A stretch of 64,000 nt of DNA from Anthoceros angustus (taxonomy: Eukaryota > Plantae > Anthocerotophyta), in the NCBI GenBank assembly GCA_010909165.1, contig MU008154.1:620001-684000 (forward strand), read 5' to 3'. How positions within the stretch are numbered: the first letter of the stretch is position 1; each line of letters begins with the position of its first letter. The notes under the pieces were generated by a model. That model saw only the letters and a program-made list of their open reading frames with translations. It was not told the origin of the DNA and did no database searches. The translations under genes were made by a program, and so were the position numbers. Shown here piece by piece: positions 1 through 12,700 of the stretch.

Positions 1-1397
1 ATGGTGCTTCACGTGAAGCTAGTGTCCAGGTGTGGGAGGAAGAAGGGTAGGGAGGAATCTTAGGATAAGACAGGTGCAGATGTAAAACGAGGAGATGCGT
101 CCTCCGGAAGGGGCAGGGAGAGTAGGAGAGGATTCTCCTTGTGGGAGAGTTGAAGGAGAGGGCGTCAGAATGTCAACAATCCGTGTACAAAAGGATAGAG
201 AGCTGTAGCGGGCTCTTGCTGCCAGTTATGGTCTTAGAAAATGCTCGGTACGGCACAAGCAAGAAGTGGCTCGTAAATTAGCCAATCAATTTTTATGCCT
301 TACTAGTGCATACACGGCAGAATGTCGTAGAGACATTTTGGGGGTATTCAGTCACCTACCTCTTCTCAAGTTATATCAGCCAGGAGCTACAAAGGATGCA
401 AAAGAGATCCAATTGGAAGCATTGTTGTTGAAGAATGTGCGTGAGGCTTGTCCTCAAAGCTCTCCACTACGAGGTTTGAGTCCGAGTGAGGCACGCACCA
501 CAGGGTGTAGTGTGATGCGATATTTTTCCCAGAATTGGCTGGTGCGCAGAACCCAAAGACATCCCGTTGGCCACCATCTCCTCCGGCACAGGTAGGCTCT
601 GGTAGCCTGGACTCTTCACAATCACCTGTGCTCTGCTGTGCAGCGCTGGAGTCCTTAAGCTAGAGAATTGATGGCGGCACGCGAGACTGGTAGCTGGGCG
701 AACGTAGTGAGTTCCCTGTTTTGCCTTACGCTCAAGTGCTCTACGGTCTGGGTTCAGTTGATAAACGATGCCTGTATGACTAAGCTATATGCAATGAGTG
801 GGATCTGTAGGAATGCATTTTGCCAGCTCAAATAGTGTAGATATGCAAGTTTGTCATGGCACCACATGGGCATGAGGGAGAAGTCCAGTTGTACATGCTT
901 ACCCTTGAAGCCTAGGAACAAGTCACTGCCTGTGTCTATGAAAGCAACTGACGAAGGTGAGTACTCTGCTCGAGGAAGCTGAAGTTCTAGTGGTTGATGT
1001 ACATTGTGTGGTCTTGAGATGACCACAACCTTATTGGTGAACATGTACTACGTGCATACTTAGTGCAGGACAACAAATGATGCAACCATTCGTGCCCCAA
1101 GATTGCTACGTTCAAATTGTTCTGAGTGCTAAGTTAACCAAACTATGTTGTCACACTTTTTCCACCTCCGGGTCGGGCTTTGCAATGCTATGCAGCCGTT
1201 TTACAAATGGATGTTGGCTCTGAAGTCTTGTGACCCAAATTTTGGTGCTATAACGCAAATGTGGTTTTGTTGATATTTATTTCATTGCTCTGATAGATGT
1301 GCGGTTGGGAGCTAGGAGCTCATATTTGCTGTTCATAGAACTCTGCTGGATAGTTGTCATTTTTTCTCTTAGAAATCCATTATCAGCTGAATTTCTG

Positions 1398-1545
1398 GAT
1401 TTGTGGATTCTGTGGATTCTGTGGATGTGCGGATATGGGGATGTGACGATGTGTGGATGTGTTGATGTGCCGATGTGTGGATGTGCCAATGTGTACGTGG
1501 ATGTGTGGATGTATGGATGTGTGGAAGTGCCGATGTGTAGATGTA
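1398..1545 (+). repeat. GT-rich simple repeat (TGTGGA / TGTGCCGA units), left half
   Basis: Degenerate repeats of gatgtgtggatgtg / gtgccgatgtg. The same repeat resumes at 4369-4460 beyond the TIR element. Confidence 0.8.
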
Positions 1546-4366
1546 ACACGATAATTTTGCAAGGAGGAGAATATACAAACCCTCTTCTTCTAGGTTGGAC
1601 CCTCTTCTTCTGGGTTGGACCCTCTTGATCAAACACTGCCCAGTCCGAAAATAGCCCTTTTACATCAGGTTCAAAACATCACCTCCATTCCTGGGGTACA
1701 TACACTTATACACCAAATGTTTACCAGATGCCTCCACTACAATGACCCATCAGGGCACTGGCCTGATGGGTCTATCACAACACTGAAGCCTTGTACTACA
1801 TTTGTGAGGAACTACTGGTGGACTTTCTATACCACAAAAAAAATGGATCTTTCACCTTCAATCAAATGTTTTGAGCCTGTCTACTTTAGAATGGAGGGAT
1901 GTGACGGGGGCTACGTTGTAACTCATCTGGTGCCTGAGCAGATACTGAATACAACACCATTGCTAAATTACGCATTCGTTCCACCAACACCATAATTATG
2001 GAAGATCCCCTTGACGAAATTGACATAGTCCTTAAAAATTTGGATTTAAACCCTAGGTCTTCAAAATGACATTACCCTCGTTATTTTGTCCACAAACAAA
2101 AAGTGTGCATTGTTTTAATTGACATGATAGAGAGCCTATCCACGGCTCCGGCCGGCCAGCGCCCTCCGTGATGTGTTCATGGATACCATTCAATAAATTC
2201 ATATAAAAACTAAACATGGTTATACTTTGGAAAGACACAAAACCGAAGGTTGTGTGAACGACATGGCGTCACAATGGGACAAAATGGTAAACTTTAAAAC
2301 GAGCACATGCAAGCGGCTACGCCGGGAATGGTCCCCCACGGGGAACAATCTGCAACTCATCCGGGCATTGAGCCAATACTGAATGTATGCACATGCACTC
2401 CACTTTTGGGTCATCAAAATCATTGTTCTTGCCCATGGACTTGGCATCTTCGAACTCCCCAACTCCTGCCTCATCAAGCACTTGTGTAAGCGTGTGGCAG
2501 CTGTGGTCGTAGCCTATGCATCATTCCTTTGCCGTTTTGCTTTACGAGGACGTTCACGTCCACCTGGGTTATGGCTTTCACGAGTTTGAATCATTGCCTT
2601 TATCAAACAAGTAACCCATTCCCTCAACCATTTGAATGTATGTTTCAAATTGAATGAGCAAAAATATGACATCTTTCACATGTCAAATCACAATGTACAT
2701 GTAGCCTTGGTCGATTGCAAAGATGGTGTCCAGGACTGAAACACATGCCTAGGAGCTATGACCTCTACAATACAATGGTCGCGGCCTTCAATGAGATTGA
2801 TAAAACTGAAGAAACTTGAGTGAACCGTAGCTCTCTTCACCATTTTGATTCTTTTATAATTTGAGACTATTAATATAATATTATGAATAATTTCAAATTC
2901 GCGATCAACAATTGAAAGATATTTGTTATGATTTTGGGTTTAAAACTACAAATTCTTAACTATGCTGGCCAACATAAGGACATGTGAATCGAACCATAGA
3001 CCATGCCCACTTAGCCCTTCTATCAAACCATACCTTAGCAGATGGGCGCATGGGCACGGGCATGCTAGGTCCTTAAAATCAAAACAAGCCCTTAAAATCA
3101 AAGAAGTCGGTGTACTAGGACAAGAGAGGTTTTGAACGTAAACGTTTTCCCAACCACTTGAGTAATTAGCCCAAGCTACAATTTGTGTGAAGCGCTAATT
3201 ATTTATTTTATCAAAGACAGCCCATGAGGAGGACATGCATGGGAAGGGCGCCGGCCAACCGGCGCCCATGGGGAGGGCGTGCATGGGGAGGGCGCTAGTC
3301 GGCCGGCGCCCATGGGCAGGGCGTACATGGGAAGGGCGCCGGCCGGCCAGCGTTCTCTTTATGGATGCGTATTTTGAAATTCTTCTCTCATGCCACAGTT
3401 GCACCCATTTTTGAAAAAACCTATGAACCTACTTTCATTCATTCATACTGTACTATGTGCAGCTTCGTTCTCAAAGAATATCTGGGCATGTTCAGGTACC
3501 CACCAAAATGTGGAGCATAACATTACTTTGAGGTTTGGGGCCTTGGTTTTGAGGGGAACTAATCCCACTTACTCCATATTTTAAAGCAACGGCTCCTGAT
3601 TTGGTTAACTTGTATGGTATTGAACTAGTGTGCATGAAGTACAAAGCCTTTGTGTTCCCCACAGAGGGTGGTCATTTGCTTTAAAGGACTTCGCGTTGCC
3701 CCACCCTGGACTGATGTAGTGGAATGCAAAGGGAAACGGGACCTTGTGACAAGGGCTTGCGGCATTCAATCGCTGGTGACAACCATGTGGGCTACTGTAA
3801 AAAAATCAGAATGAAGGTGCTTGCTGAAGAGGGTTCCATTTGCCTATCATTCTGCAATCCGATGTCGTCATGTACTCTACCACATACGCGAAGGACATTT
3901 TCTGTGCGTGGGAAGTGGGAACGACGACCAGGAACTTTGACCTAAACCCCAAAACCCTCTGTATACAGGGAAAGGGTGCCGGCCGGCCGGCACCCTTTTC
4001 CCGCACACTCAGGTATATGCCCAATATGTAGTATACAAACCACTACTAAAGGTCTTCTTTTGGTATTTTTACATAGTGCCTTAGTTGAAAGGTAGTATTT
4101 ATGTGCGTAACACCGGCAAGAATAGTCAACCACGTGGGTTCAATTATGCTGCAAATCAATGTGTTGTGGAAAGCCTAAACCCTTCACATGCCTCAGCCGT
4201 TCATGAAAACAATGCAACCAATGGTATGGCACCATGATTTTGTGATAAATTTTCAGAGCATGCCATGACAGGCTAGTTTTAGACCCATCAAAAACCCTCT
4301 TCGCAGGATAAAAGCCAGTAAACCCCCATCGGGTATAATCCCCCTCTTGCACGGGTATTATCGTGT
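1546..4366. mobile_element. Putative DNA transposon remnant with TIRs and TA target duplication (Tc1/mariner-like by TSD)
   Basis: Left end TA|ACACGATAATtttgcaaggaggagaatatac (from 1546) is the imperfect inverse of the right end gtataatccccctcttgcacgggtATTATCGTGT|TA (to 4366). It splits a continuous GT-rich repeat. No recognisable transposase ORF. Confidence 0.6.
3240..3352. repeat. GC-rich palindromic repeats (GGCGCCGGCC / CCCATGGG), with a related hairpin at ~3967-4003
   Basis: Repeated gggcgccggcc...ccggcgcccatggg units, and agggaaagggtgccggccggccggcacccttttccc. Confidence 0.7.
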
Positions 4367-4368
4367 TA

Positions 4369-4460
4369 TGTGTGGAAGTGCCGATGTAGGGATGTACCGA
4401 TATGCCTTTGTGTGGATGTGTGGATTGTGGATGTGCCGATGTGTCGAAGTGTCAATGTGT
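4369..4460 (+). repeat. GT-rich simple repeat, right half
   Basis: tgtgtggaagtgccgatg... continues the 1398-1545 repeat. Confidence 0.75.
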
Positions 4461-5144
4461 TAATGGTTAGGTTACTTTCGGTGACATACTGGTCACTTAG
4501 GTTTGGGCAACTTTTCTTTCTCAAATTGCTTCTTGCCGGGTTATTTTGAAGGGATAGGTCAGGTCAGTGCGCTCCGGCGTGGAGGGCCCTTTGTTCGGCA
4601 AAAAGTCAGTGGCATGGAGGGTCCTTGATTTGATAACAAGTTAGCTGTTTTGTCACGAGTGTAGTGGGTACGGTGCGGAGGGCGCATTTCTGCAACAAAG
4701 CAGCTGTTTTCATGCTCTGCTATTGTCTCAGGCTCCTCGTGCTGATTTGGGTGTCTCCAACAGAGTTGGATGGCCAGCCTGATCTTATACCCTCGGAGAC
4801 GCACGCAAGCTCCGACAGAGCATAACTCATCCCAATCTTTAGCACTGTTGCTGCTTCTGCTTGGTGTATGCTTCCTCTTCCTCTCTTTCGTCTTCCCAAT
4901 TGGAGATTCACTCGGAGAGTAAGTGAGTCCACTTATGGTCCTCATCTTTTCAATCAACACAAGCAGATGCATGCATACGAACAATGTGAGCTCAAGAGTT
5001 GCAAGATTGGTAGCCATGTGTGATACCATCTTCATAGCTCCTGGCACTCGAGTGTAAACCGCAGCGTAAAGGCTAGCGTAGGGGGAACCATGAGGTCCCG
5101 CTTGCGCGTACAAGAATCTGTTTAGGTTTAATGCCGCTCGTGTA

Positions 5145-5200
5145 GCTTAAGGGGGGGGGTGTTGGATTACTTAACTAACACTCGCTTATGTTATGATTAG
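5145..5200 (+). mobile_element. Possible polypurine tract plus LTR start of an old LTR retrotransposon
   Basis: cttaa-G9-TGTTGGATTAC resembles a Copia PPT/3'-LTR junction. No partner LTR or pol found in the window. Confidence 0.3.
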
Positions 5201-5636
5201 GTTATTTATGCTTAGGTCATGATCTAATGAAGATTCACACTTAGAGTGTTTAAAAAAGGACAACTAATTACATTTTTGTATAATGTGATAAATTTATATT
5301 ATGTAACCTTATATTTTCTTTAAAGATGATATGTACATTCTTATTAAGATCGCTATACATCCTGAATAAGATATTTGCATTTGTATATTTATGAAAATAA
5401 CGAATGTATATAATAAGATAACTGTACATTTTTATTCAGATAATCTGTACAAATGTTTTTCTATTCTCAATCCTATTTTCAGAAAAAAAAAGCATTCTAA
5501 GCCGGCAGGGATAAAAAAAAAAGGGTCATGAAAGAAACCTGTCGTGGGGAGATGCAACTGACAGGATAAGGAAACCATCCAAAATCGCTCTTGGGGTAGG
5601 AGGTAGTATACACTGAGAAAATGGCCTGTGAGAAGT

Positions 5637-7334
5637 CTAAAGACGAAGCTCGAGATCCAAAGCTTCCGATTCATGGTTTGGAGACTCTTCGCCTGTACCA
5701 ATTTCCTCATGCTCCTCAATCCTCCTCCTCCATGCCAATCGCCTCCTCTTCCCGTCGTCATCGGAATGAGACTGTGAGCCCTGATCATGTGCCAAATGGC
5801 AGCAGCGAATCACATTTTCACCCTTGGTACCAGGGGCTGCAGCAGCAAGGTGGCTGTATGGCTGGAAGGCTCTCACGAGCTCTGGACGAGGACGGGGCTC
5901 GCAGGCCGTTATTGTTGCAGCTGCTGGGTCCGGGCTTTCATACTTCTTGATGACATAATTGACCAATATCTCCCTGCTCTGACCTGAAGAGCATCCTGCT
6001 GCGGTTTTGCTGGACAAAGTCCCAGCCACATTCACAGAATCTGACGGGCTGAGGGGACAGTTGTTCCTGCCTGCACCCGACGTGGAGGAGGAGGATTGAG
6101 ATGGACGCGGGGAGGAAAGGGGGGAGTTGGGAGAGTATGGGCAGTTGGACGCGGACTGGGCTGGTGGGGAAGAAGGTTTGGGTTTTGCATTTGCATTGCA
6201 GCACTCAGACACAGTGGTGGGATGATCTGCCGCTGGTTGGTACTCAGCCTGGGATCTGAGATGATCTGCCAGTGGCCATAAGTGCGATGGGGGAGGGAAG
6301 TAAGCGTGACCGGAGGTCCCCGGAGTAAGGGGAAATTGAGAGGAAATGGGGAGACTGGACTGCTGGCCCAGGGGAAGCATGTGAGACAAATTAGACTGCG
6401 CAAAACACTGAGACTCGGGAAAGGGATATGAGTTCTTAACCGCTTGAAGGTGGGGGAAGGGATGACAATGGGGATAGGCATTCCTATCCCCTTGAGGCTG
6501 GGTGCTCATCACAGTCGTGTTCGCGTAAAACACGTTGTTAGAGTTGGCGGGCAGGGGAGGAAGCGGACCGGGAACTTGATACAACCAGATTTGCGGGGTC
6601 GACGCTGCTACTGCTGTGCCTGAGGAGCCTGTGCCGGAGGAGCCTGACGTCGGGAGACTGTTGCCGCCATGGACATCTGCAAGTGTCAAACAAGTGATGG
6701 GCCCGGGTCCGAGTCCGGGAGCTTGGAATAACATTTTGTTGCGAGGAACAGGAGGTTGAAATTGCACTGCATCCATACCAGCGGCCTGTCGTAGCGTATT
6801 GAGCTGGTTGGCTTGAGCTCGCTCCCGTCTGTGGACGTTCATGTGGCCTCCCAGCGCCTGTGCCGTACGAAATTCTCTCGCACAGAAGCTACAAGTATAA
6901 GATTTCGGAGGCCACTGATGTGTCGTCCCGTTGCTGGCTTGTAAATCCTCCGCAAATGCGCGAGCTTCCCATGCGTCTTCCAAAGCTGCCTGCGCTGCTG
7001 CAGGTGTGAGAATTCTTGTAGAGGACGGAAGTCCTGCCCCATAGACGGAAGATGCTGGTGGCACTGCAATCCTGGCTGTGGGTGCTACAATCGTGGTGGC
7101 TGTTGGTGCAGCAAAGATGGCAGAAGATGTGCACTCCTCGCCTTCAGTTTCCTGCTGTTGCTCCACTGCATCATCAATTGTTCCATCTCTAACAGCCATA
7201 TCTCTATGCAAGAGGCCTCGCAGAGGAATCGTAATATGTTCTGTATGTACAGAACAATTGCATCCTAAACCAAGAACTGCGAACGCATCCGGAATATAAA
7301 CATTTGAACCTGCGAGCTCGCTCGCTCGGTTCAC
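5637..7334 (-). CDS. Single C2H2 zinc finger transcriptional repressor, SUPERMAN/RABBIT EARS/ZFP10-11 type (start could be the later Met of MAVRDG)
   Basis: 565-aa intronless ORF with [33 protein letters not shown] (plant QALGGH finger) and C-terminal EAR motif LDLELRL. Confidence 0.93.
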   Translation of the reverse strand: MNRASELAGSNVYIPDAFAVLGLGCNCSVHTEHITIPLRGLLHRDMAVRDGTIDDAVEQQQETEGEECTSSAIFAAPTATTIVAPTARIAVPPASSVYGAGLPSSTRILTPAAAQAALEDAWEARAFAEDLQASNGTTHQWPPKSYTCSFCAREFRTAQALGGHMNVHRRERAQANQLNTLRQAAGMDAVQFQPPVPRNKMLFQAPGLGPGPITCLTLADVHGGNSLPTSGSSGTGSSGTAVAASTPQIWLYQVPGPLPPLPANSNNVFYANTTVMSTQPQGDRNAYPHCHPFPHLQAVKNSYPFPESQCFAQSNLSHMLPLGQQSSLPISSQFPLTPGTSGHAYFPPPSHLWPLADHLRSQAEYQPAADHPTTVSECCNANAKPKPSSPPAQSASNCPYSPNSPLSSPRPSQSSSSTSGAGRNNCPLSPSDSVNVAGTLSSKTAAGCSSGQSREILVNYVIKKYESPDPAAATITACEPRPRPELVRAFQPYSHLAAAAPGTKGENVIRCCHLAHDQGSQSHSDDDGKRRRLAWRRRIEEHEEIGTGEESPNHESEALDLELRL

Positions 7335-8438
7335 AATCCAACTATACTGACAGGGTGGACAAAGGCGCTGGCTTTGTGCCTGGGCCAGGAGACTTCAGGC
7401 CGGCCCAGAGATCCAATGGCGCCCCGGTTTCTTCACCGGACGCGGCCTTCCACCCACTCTCTTTGTCTGTATCCCCGCATCCCCACTCTTGCGAAGCAAG
7501 GTACTGCTTTACGTTTGAACGACAGATAGCCTCACACCAGAAAGAAGCTCGCAGTTGGAGGGCAAGTCTTGACACTAAACGCTCCTTGGCCCGGCTGCAT
7601 CCTGTCAAGAGACCTTCCAATTTCATCGCATGCTGTTAAAATGAGAGGCGGCCGCATCTACCGGGCCCACTCTTCAACCTCGTTCAAGTCGTTACATGAC
7701 TCAGAAGATCACACTTGCCGCTACAGTGACATGCAATGCCAAGGCCCACTTCCAACTTTGGCAACTTTGTGTGCAACCACTGGCTCACATACCTGCTGCC
7801 AAGGGAAGCAGGAACGGACCAACCCACTTTGGCAACACCGTCACTGGATTCGTCTGAAAACGAGAATGTTCTCTCCTTGCTACTTCCCGTTGTGGCATGT
7901 CGGATTTCCGGCTGGCACAGAACAAGTGCATTCCGACTGGAATCCCGTTTGGAATCCCAGTCGCCAAAGGTTTTTCCGCCCACCTTACTGACACAGAATC
8001 CGCCTCCACTGCACTGTACCGGCTTGGCCCTGGTGAAAGGACACACTCCATCTCCAACTCCAACGTGGTCACTCCACATTTTAAACATACATACAGTGAA
8101 TGGACAGTTTCCGCCGGCAGTGGGAATCTGAGAGCTTGGCCTTGCTGGGTGTCACCATCTGGAGATCTGAGTCCCTACTCCCTGGCCCCATTGACTGACC
8201 ACACCAGGAGGTTATCTCCATGAAACTAGCTCACGAATAGTGCAATAAAACGTGACATGTTCACACCTAACTCTCTTCTGAAGAATATGCTTAAGCTGTA
8301 GCTTACAAGACATAAGTGGAGCCTAGTGCTTCAAGCATCTCCATCTCCTAGTGGTTCTGAAGGGGCAGACGACATGGCAGTCAATAGTGAAGGTTGCATA
8401 TTTGTAACGTGCTTCAAAGGCACTGGGATTGTGGGTAG

Positions 8439-9149
8439 CTATGCATGAACTTCTATGTACTGATCTACGTCAGCCCTGACAGCACTCAAGGGCCCTTCTG
8501 ATGTGATCCGCAGACTGTCATCGTTGATGGTCACAAGCACTTTGGCCTGGAAAGCATTGGCATAGGCATTGGGGTTGCAAACCAGCTCAAAGTAGACTCC
8601 ATCCTCGTTGGTGTCTCGGAATTCGAGGCTCTGCCATCGTTGCGGCCTGGTTGCCTTCTCCTTCTCCTTGAATGTGGCCAGCAAGTTTGTGATGGAGGTG
8701 CTCAAACTCTTAGCTGTCTCCACCGAGAAGGGCAAAGTGAGCGAGGTTTCCCCAAAATGGAAGGTGATGGGCACCTTGACTGCATGAAGCCAGACACATA
8801 CATATTGATGTTACTTGAACAAGCAAGTTAGCACCACCTCAGAACAAGCGCTGGAATTCTCCTCTCAACCATTTCTCACATGCACATCCTTCGGGATTGC
8901 AGTCAAACCTGATTGGCTGGCTCGACCCCCGTCTCCATTGACGGCAACACGGGCCACCCCGCTTGCTCGCTGCCGCCCTCCATTGGTCAACCTGCAGGCG
9001 GAGTTCAGAGCACGTGGTGCAAAGAATAGTACCCGGTCAGGCACCAGGTTGTTGCTCCAGCGCCTTGCCGATTGCACTCGGTTTCCAGGAAATGCTCCTC
9101 CTTTAGAAGCAATGGCATCCACCAACCCCGCCGCTTGAGCCAGCGCCAT
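8439..9149 (-). CDS. Plastid-targeted protein of unknown function resembling a cyanobacterial conserved hypothetical protein; 2 exons (9149-8870, 8779-8439), ~206 aa
   Basis: Exon 1 encodes an Ala/Arg/Ser-rich transit-like peptide (MALAQAAGLV...). A phase-1 intron GTTGAG...TGCAG restores the frame into VKVPITFHFGE...CNPNAYANAFQAKVLVTINDDSLRITSEGPLSAVRADVDQYIE, which I recall as similar to cyanobacterial NPN..P..AKVL.T..D..IR.T.E proteins. Confidence 0.7.
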
Positions 9150-9477
9150 TCCGAAAGGTGTGAAAGCTCTCCTCTCGGACTGTTCTCAGAGTCGGGGTGT
9201 TGATCCTGGAAGATTGCCTAGACCCTAGACTGGCAATAGAACTCTCGTCTTAGACTTAGTGACAGACCGACGAAGCTGGGAGATACAAAAACACTCAACA
9301 AAGATCAAGCTGGGCAGTTCAGCCATCTCCTTGGATCGTAGTGCAGGATAGCTCTGACGCTTGTGCTTTATTTATCGAGGGACAATAACGTTACAGTTCA
9401 GTGAGGCCACAGATAGTACACATTTGTGACAAGGATTTCCCCTTCAGTGCTACCACCACCTTGAACAAGGAAAGTAA

Positions 9478-11339
9478 TCAAAACGCGATCTCTGTATCAC
9501 TGCTTCCCGATGCATCAGAATCCCCTCCTAGAGAAAGGTCGTCATCGGAATCAACGGCATTGACATAGTCGTAATAGGCTTTCACCTGCAAGAGTTTGCA
9601 AGCCAGAGCCCGGGCTGAGGACAAGGGTACATCATCACAAACTCATTCCAAATGCACATCCACTGTCGGGAGATCGATCATTTCTACCTTTGGCCGGGGG
9701 TGAACAGCTTCAAAGACATGGAAGTTTGGGATGGAATAGTCTGGTGGCTCCAACACAATGTACGCCCCCTTATTGTTGTAGCGGTGCTTGGTTGCCTATA
9801 CCAACAAACACTCTCTAATTTAGAACCAGTTGCGACACCTTGGAACCAGACTGGACACCATTCAGTTTGATGAAGTTACCTGAAACTGCGGATAATCAGG
9901 TGCACTGAAGAGAGTGACAAGCTTTCCAGCCTTCACAACATGATCGATAGTATAACCCTTATCCATCCCAGCCATATCAGAACGCTTGTCCCGTGCATCT
10001 GGGCCCTCATGTGACCTGACTATCAGCTGCAAACAAGCGCACAAGAACGTGAAGGTTTTCTGTCGGTGACCAAAGCAACCTCTTAAGAGACAGGAGGTAC
10101 TAGGAAGCGCAAACACCAACCCACCTTCAGGTTGTTTTTCTCCAGGAATTCCTGTGTGCAGTCTGGGCCGAAAAGAAGGCCTATACCACGGGCAGAATTG
10201 TGCGTGAGACCGTCCACGTTGGAAGGATCCGACCACAACACATCGCCTGGAATGGGATTTGATCCAGAATGTGAGGGATCCATAACCCCTCGCCTGGCTT
10301 TAGCCAGGTCATGCAGGTTCCCCAATCTTAGAACCTTGTCTGAGGTCTCCCTGCGACTGGTTCTCCGACCTGGTTTTGCCCCTTTTTTCTTTTTCACAGC
10401 AGCAGGCTCACTGCATCGGAACAAACCCCCATGAGCCATGAACACATCCCCTGCCACCAAGGCAGCTAAGGGATGACCATGAAAGCAGCCCAACAACTTG
10501 TGATACAAATGCTTTGCATTAGACCCGTATTTTGCGATTACCTCCTGCTCAAACCCATATGCACTTGTACAGTACTTGGTCTCATGGTTACCCCTTAGCA
10601 GGAAGACTGCGTGGGGGAGCAGTATCTGTTACAGCAAAGACACAACTCTTCCAGTTCAGCGAACAACATCTCAGCATCCGGCTTCCAAGAAAAGGCAAGT
10701 GGTGAGCACCACCTACATCAGGCTCAGCAACCTCACACCCAGTTGAATGCAACATTTCCTAAAGAAGGCACTGCAGCTTGAGCAAGCCCTGAACAAAACT
10801 GGCAGCAACAAACACCTCTGCACAGAGCATGACATGCTACGATGGTCATGCCATCACGTCAATTCGCACGAGCTGGATTGCACCGATGAGGATACCTTCC
10901 AGGCAAGGAGCAGAAGATAGGTTTCCAAGCCCCAGGCCCCTCGATCGACATAATCTCCATTGAATATAAACACCCGATCATTTGCAGGGAAACCGGCAAC
11001 CTCCAGCAGGTGCAATACATCATGGAGCTGGCCATGGACATCCCCAACCAGCACCACGCTAGATGCTAGGCCCTCCACCCGCAAGTCCAGGCAGTTGGGC
11101 TCGTGGTGCATGATCTTGGACGCCGTGGCGATCAAGGCATCTGCTACAGGCAGCGGCAGAATCTCCGGCAGCTGAGAGGGCTGCAGGTTGCGGGACGCAT
11201 ACTCCAGAGTTGCAGCGAAGCGATCTACCCATTCCCTGGTGATAGCTCCACCCTGAGGCCACTCCAAGGCGGCAGGCGGCGATGCGGCAGAAAGCTCTCC
11301 TCCTCCCCCCAGGGGTGGGTCATCGTCGTCGTCGGCCAT
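9478..11339 (-). CDS. PP7: Serine/threonine protein phosphatase 7; 5 exons (11339-10896, 10625-10125, 10026-9880, 9795-9688, 9585-9478), 435 aa
   Basis: PPP motifs GDVHGQ, GDYVDRG, RGNHE, HGGLFR, DVLWSDP, RSHEG and the PP7-diagnostic SAPDYPQFQ; all introns GT-AG and in phase. Confidence 0.95.
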
Positions 11340-12700
11340 AGCTGTGACTTCAAGATGCCCACAAACCCCAACAGCATTCCGGGGCAAGGCTTGAATTCTT
11401 GAGCCTGTTCCCAGGAAAACAAACGCCGAGCGCCCAACTCTCCACTCCCAGATTCCGCACAAGGACCAAGAACAGCACTGCTAGTTTGTAGCTTGTGATG
11501 CAGAGTCCGAGGCCACTGTAATCATGCACACTGCATACTGCCAAGGGACAGCCCTCACATCAGGTGACCCACGAGGGTCACTCACAACGGTAGTCTTTTC
11601 ACCTGAAGTATTCAAACCTCATCCGCCAGAGCTTCGTCTTCTTGCCTGCCTTCTGACGTCCTGACTGGGCAAGAGGTACATAATCAGCCACTTGCCAGGT
11701 GGAGGACGTGAACGATCTCCCTTCCTCGTTTTATCCTGGACAATCCAGAAGCACACAATTGGCGGGTTACTGTATTCGACTGTCGATGGACTGGGCAGGC
11801 GGAGGTTTTCCGCTGCAGGGTTTTGGGAGTTTTCATTGCAGCGAGATTTTTGGAAGCCTTGTGCCCCATCGTGAAGCATTTGTCCGCCTGGGATGACAGC
11901 GAATTCGAGCTCGGTGGTGTATGAATGCTTTGCTTCCGGGTTTACCAAGGCTGTGAAACTGAAGTCGATGCATTACCTCCTTCCTTGTAAGGACATGGGC
12001 AAAGCCGAAACTGGCACAGAACGATCACATTGTTAAAAGCAGCTTGAGCGTGCTCTGCAGTCCGGCGTGGAGGTGTCTACTTCCAAGCTGTTAGACTGGA
12101 CTTGCCGAGGTGCTGATGAGTGTGAAGCCCATTGCAACGTCTGAGCTCCGCAGTACGTATTCCAGAACTCAGCAAACCCAGCTGAAATCGGTTGAATTGT
12201 GCACTAGAGGCAACTTCAGCCTTGGTCAAGACGGTGCGTGACAAAGAGCTCCCACAGCAGTGCCGATTGCATACCCAGTCGCACACAGCCGAACACTCAC
12301 ACCCATGACCCTTAAGCTTGCTGTCATAAACCCATGACAAGTGTATGTCCCTGCCGATGTTGTGATGCTCTCTCCACCACACATGCATCGCAGCAGGTGG
12401 GGGTAACGTCTTCTTGCCACAAATTCTGCCAAGAGGGGAGAAAGATTTTGCCTAGAGGATGATGTCTGACAGAATGATTCGCAGTAACTTAGAACTCTCG
12501 TTTCTTGTCTTGACACACGGTTTCCACATCCGCAATCAGCCCACACATCTCCCAAAATCAGGAGATGTCAGGAGCTATAATCTATGGAAAGGATCATTTT
12601 GGGCGTGTAATACCTGCATAACATAGAACTTCCAGCCCTTACGCGTATAATCTAGATGCTAAATAATTTTGTGTAACGAACAAACATCCCTAGCTGTAAA

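Noticed and set aside
1-1050. ORFs 266-595 and 754-1044
   Set aside because: No recognisable motifs or splice structure; probably decayed repeat, cannot be supported.
7340-8230. Several overlapping 90-140 aa ORFs upstream of the zinc finger gene
   Set aside because: GC-rich promoter/UTR sequence gives chance ORFs on both strands; none has domain features.
11600-12560. Short ORFs between PP7 and DRC9
   Set aside because: No homology recognised; likely UTR or promoter.
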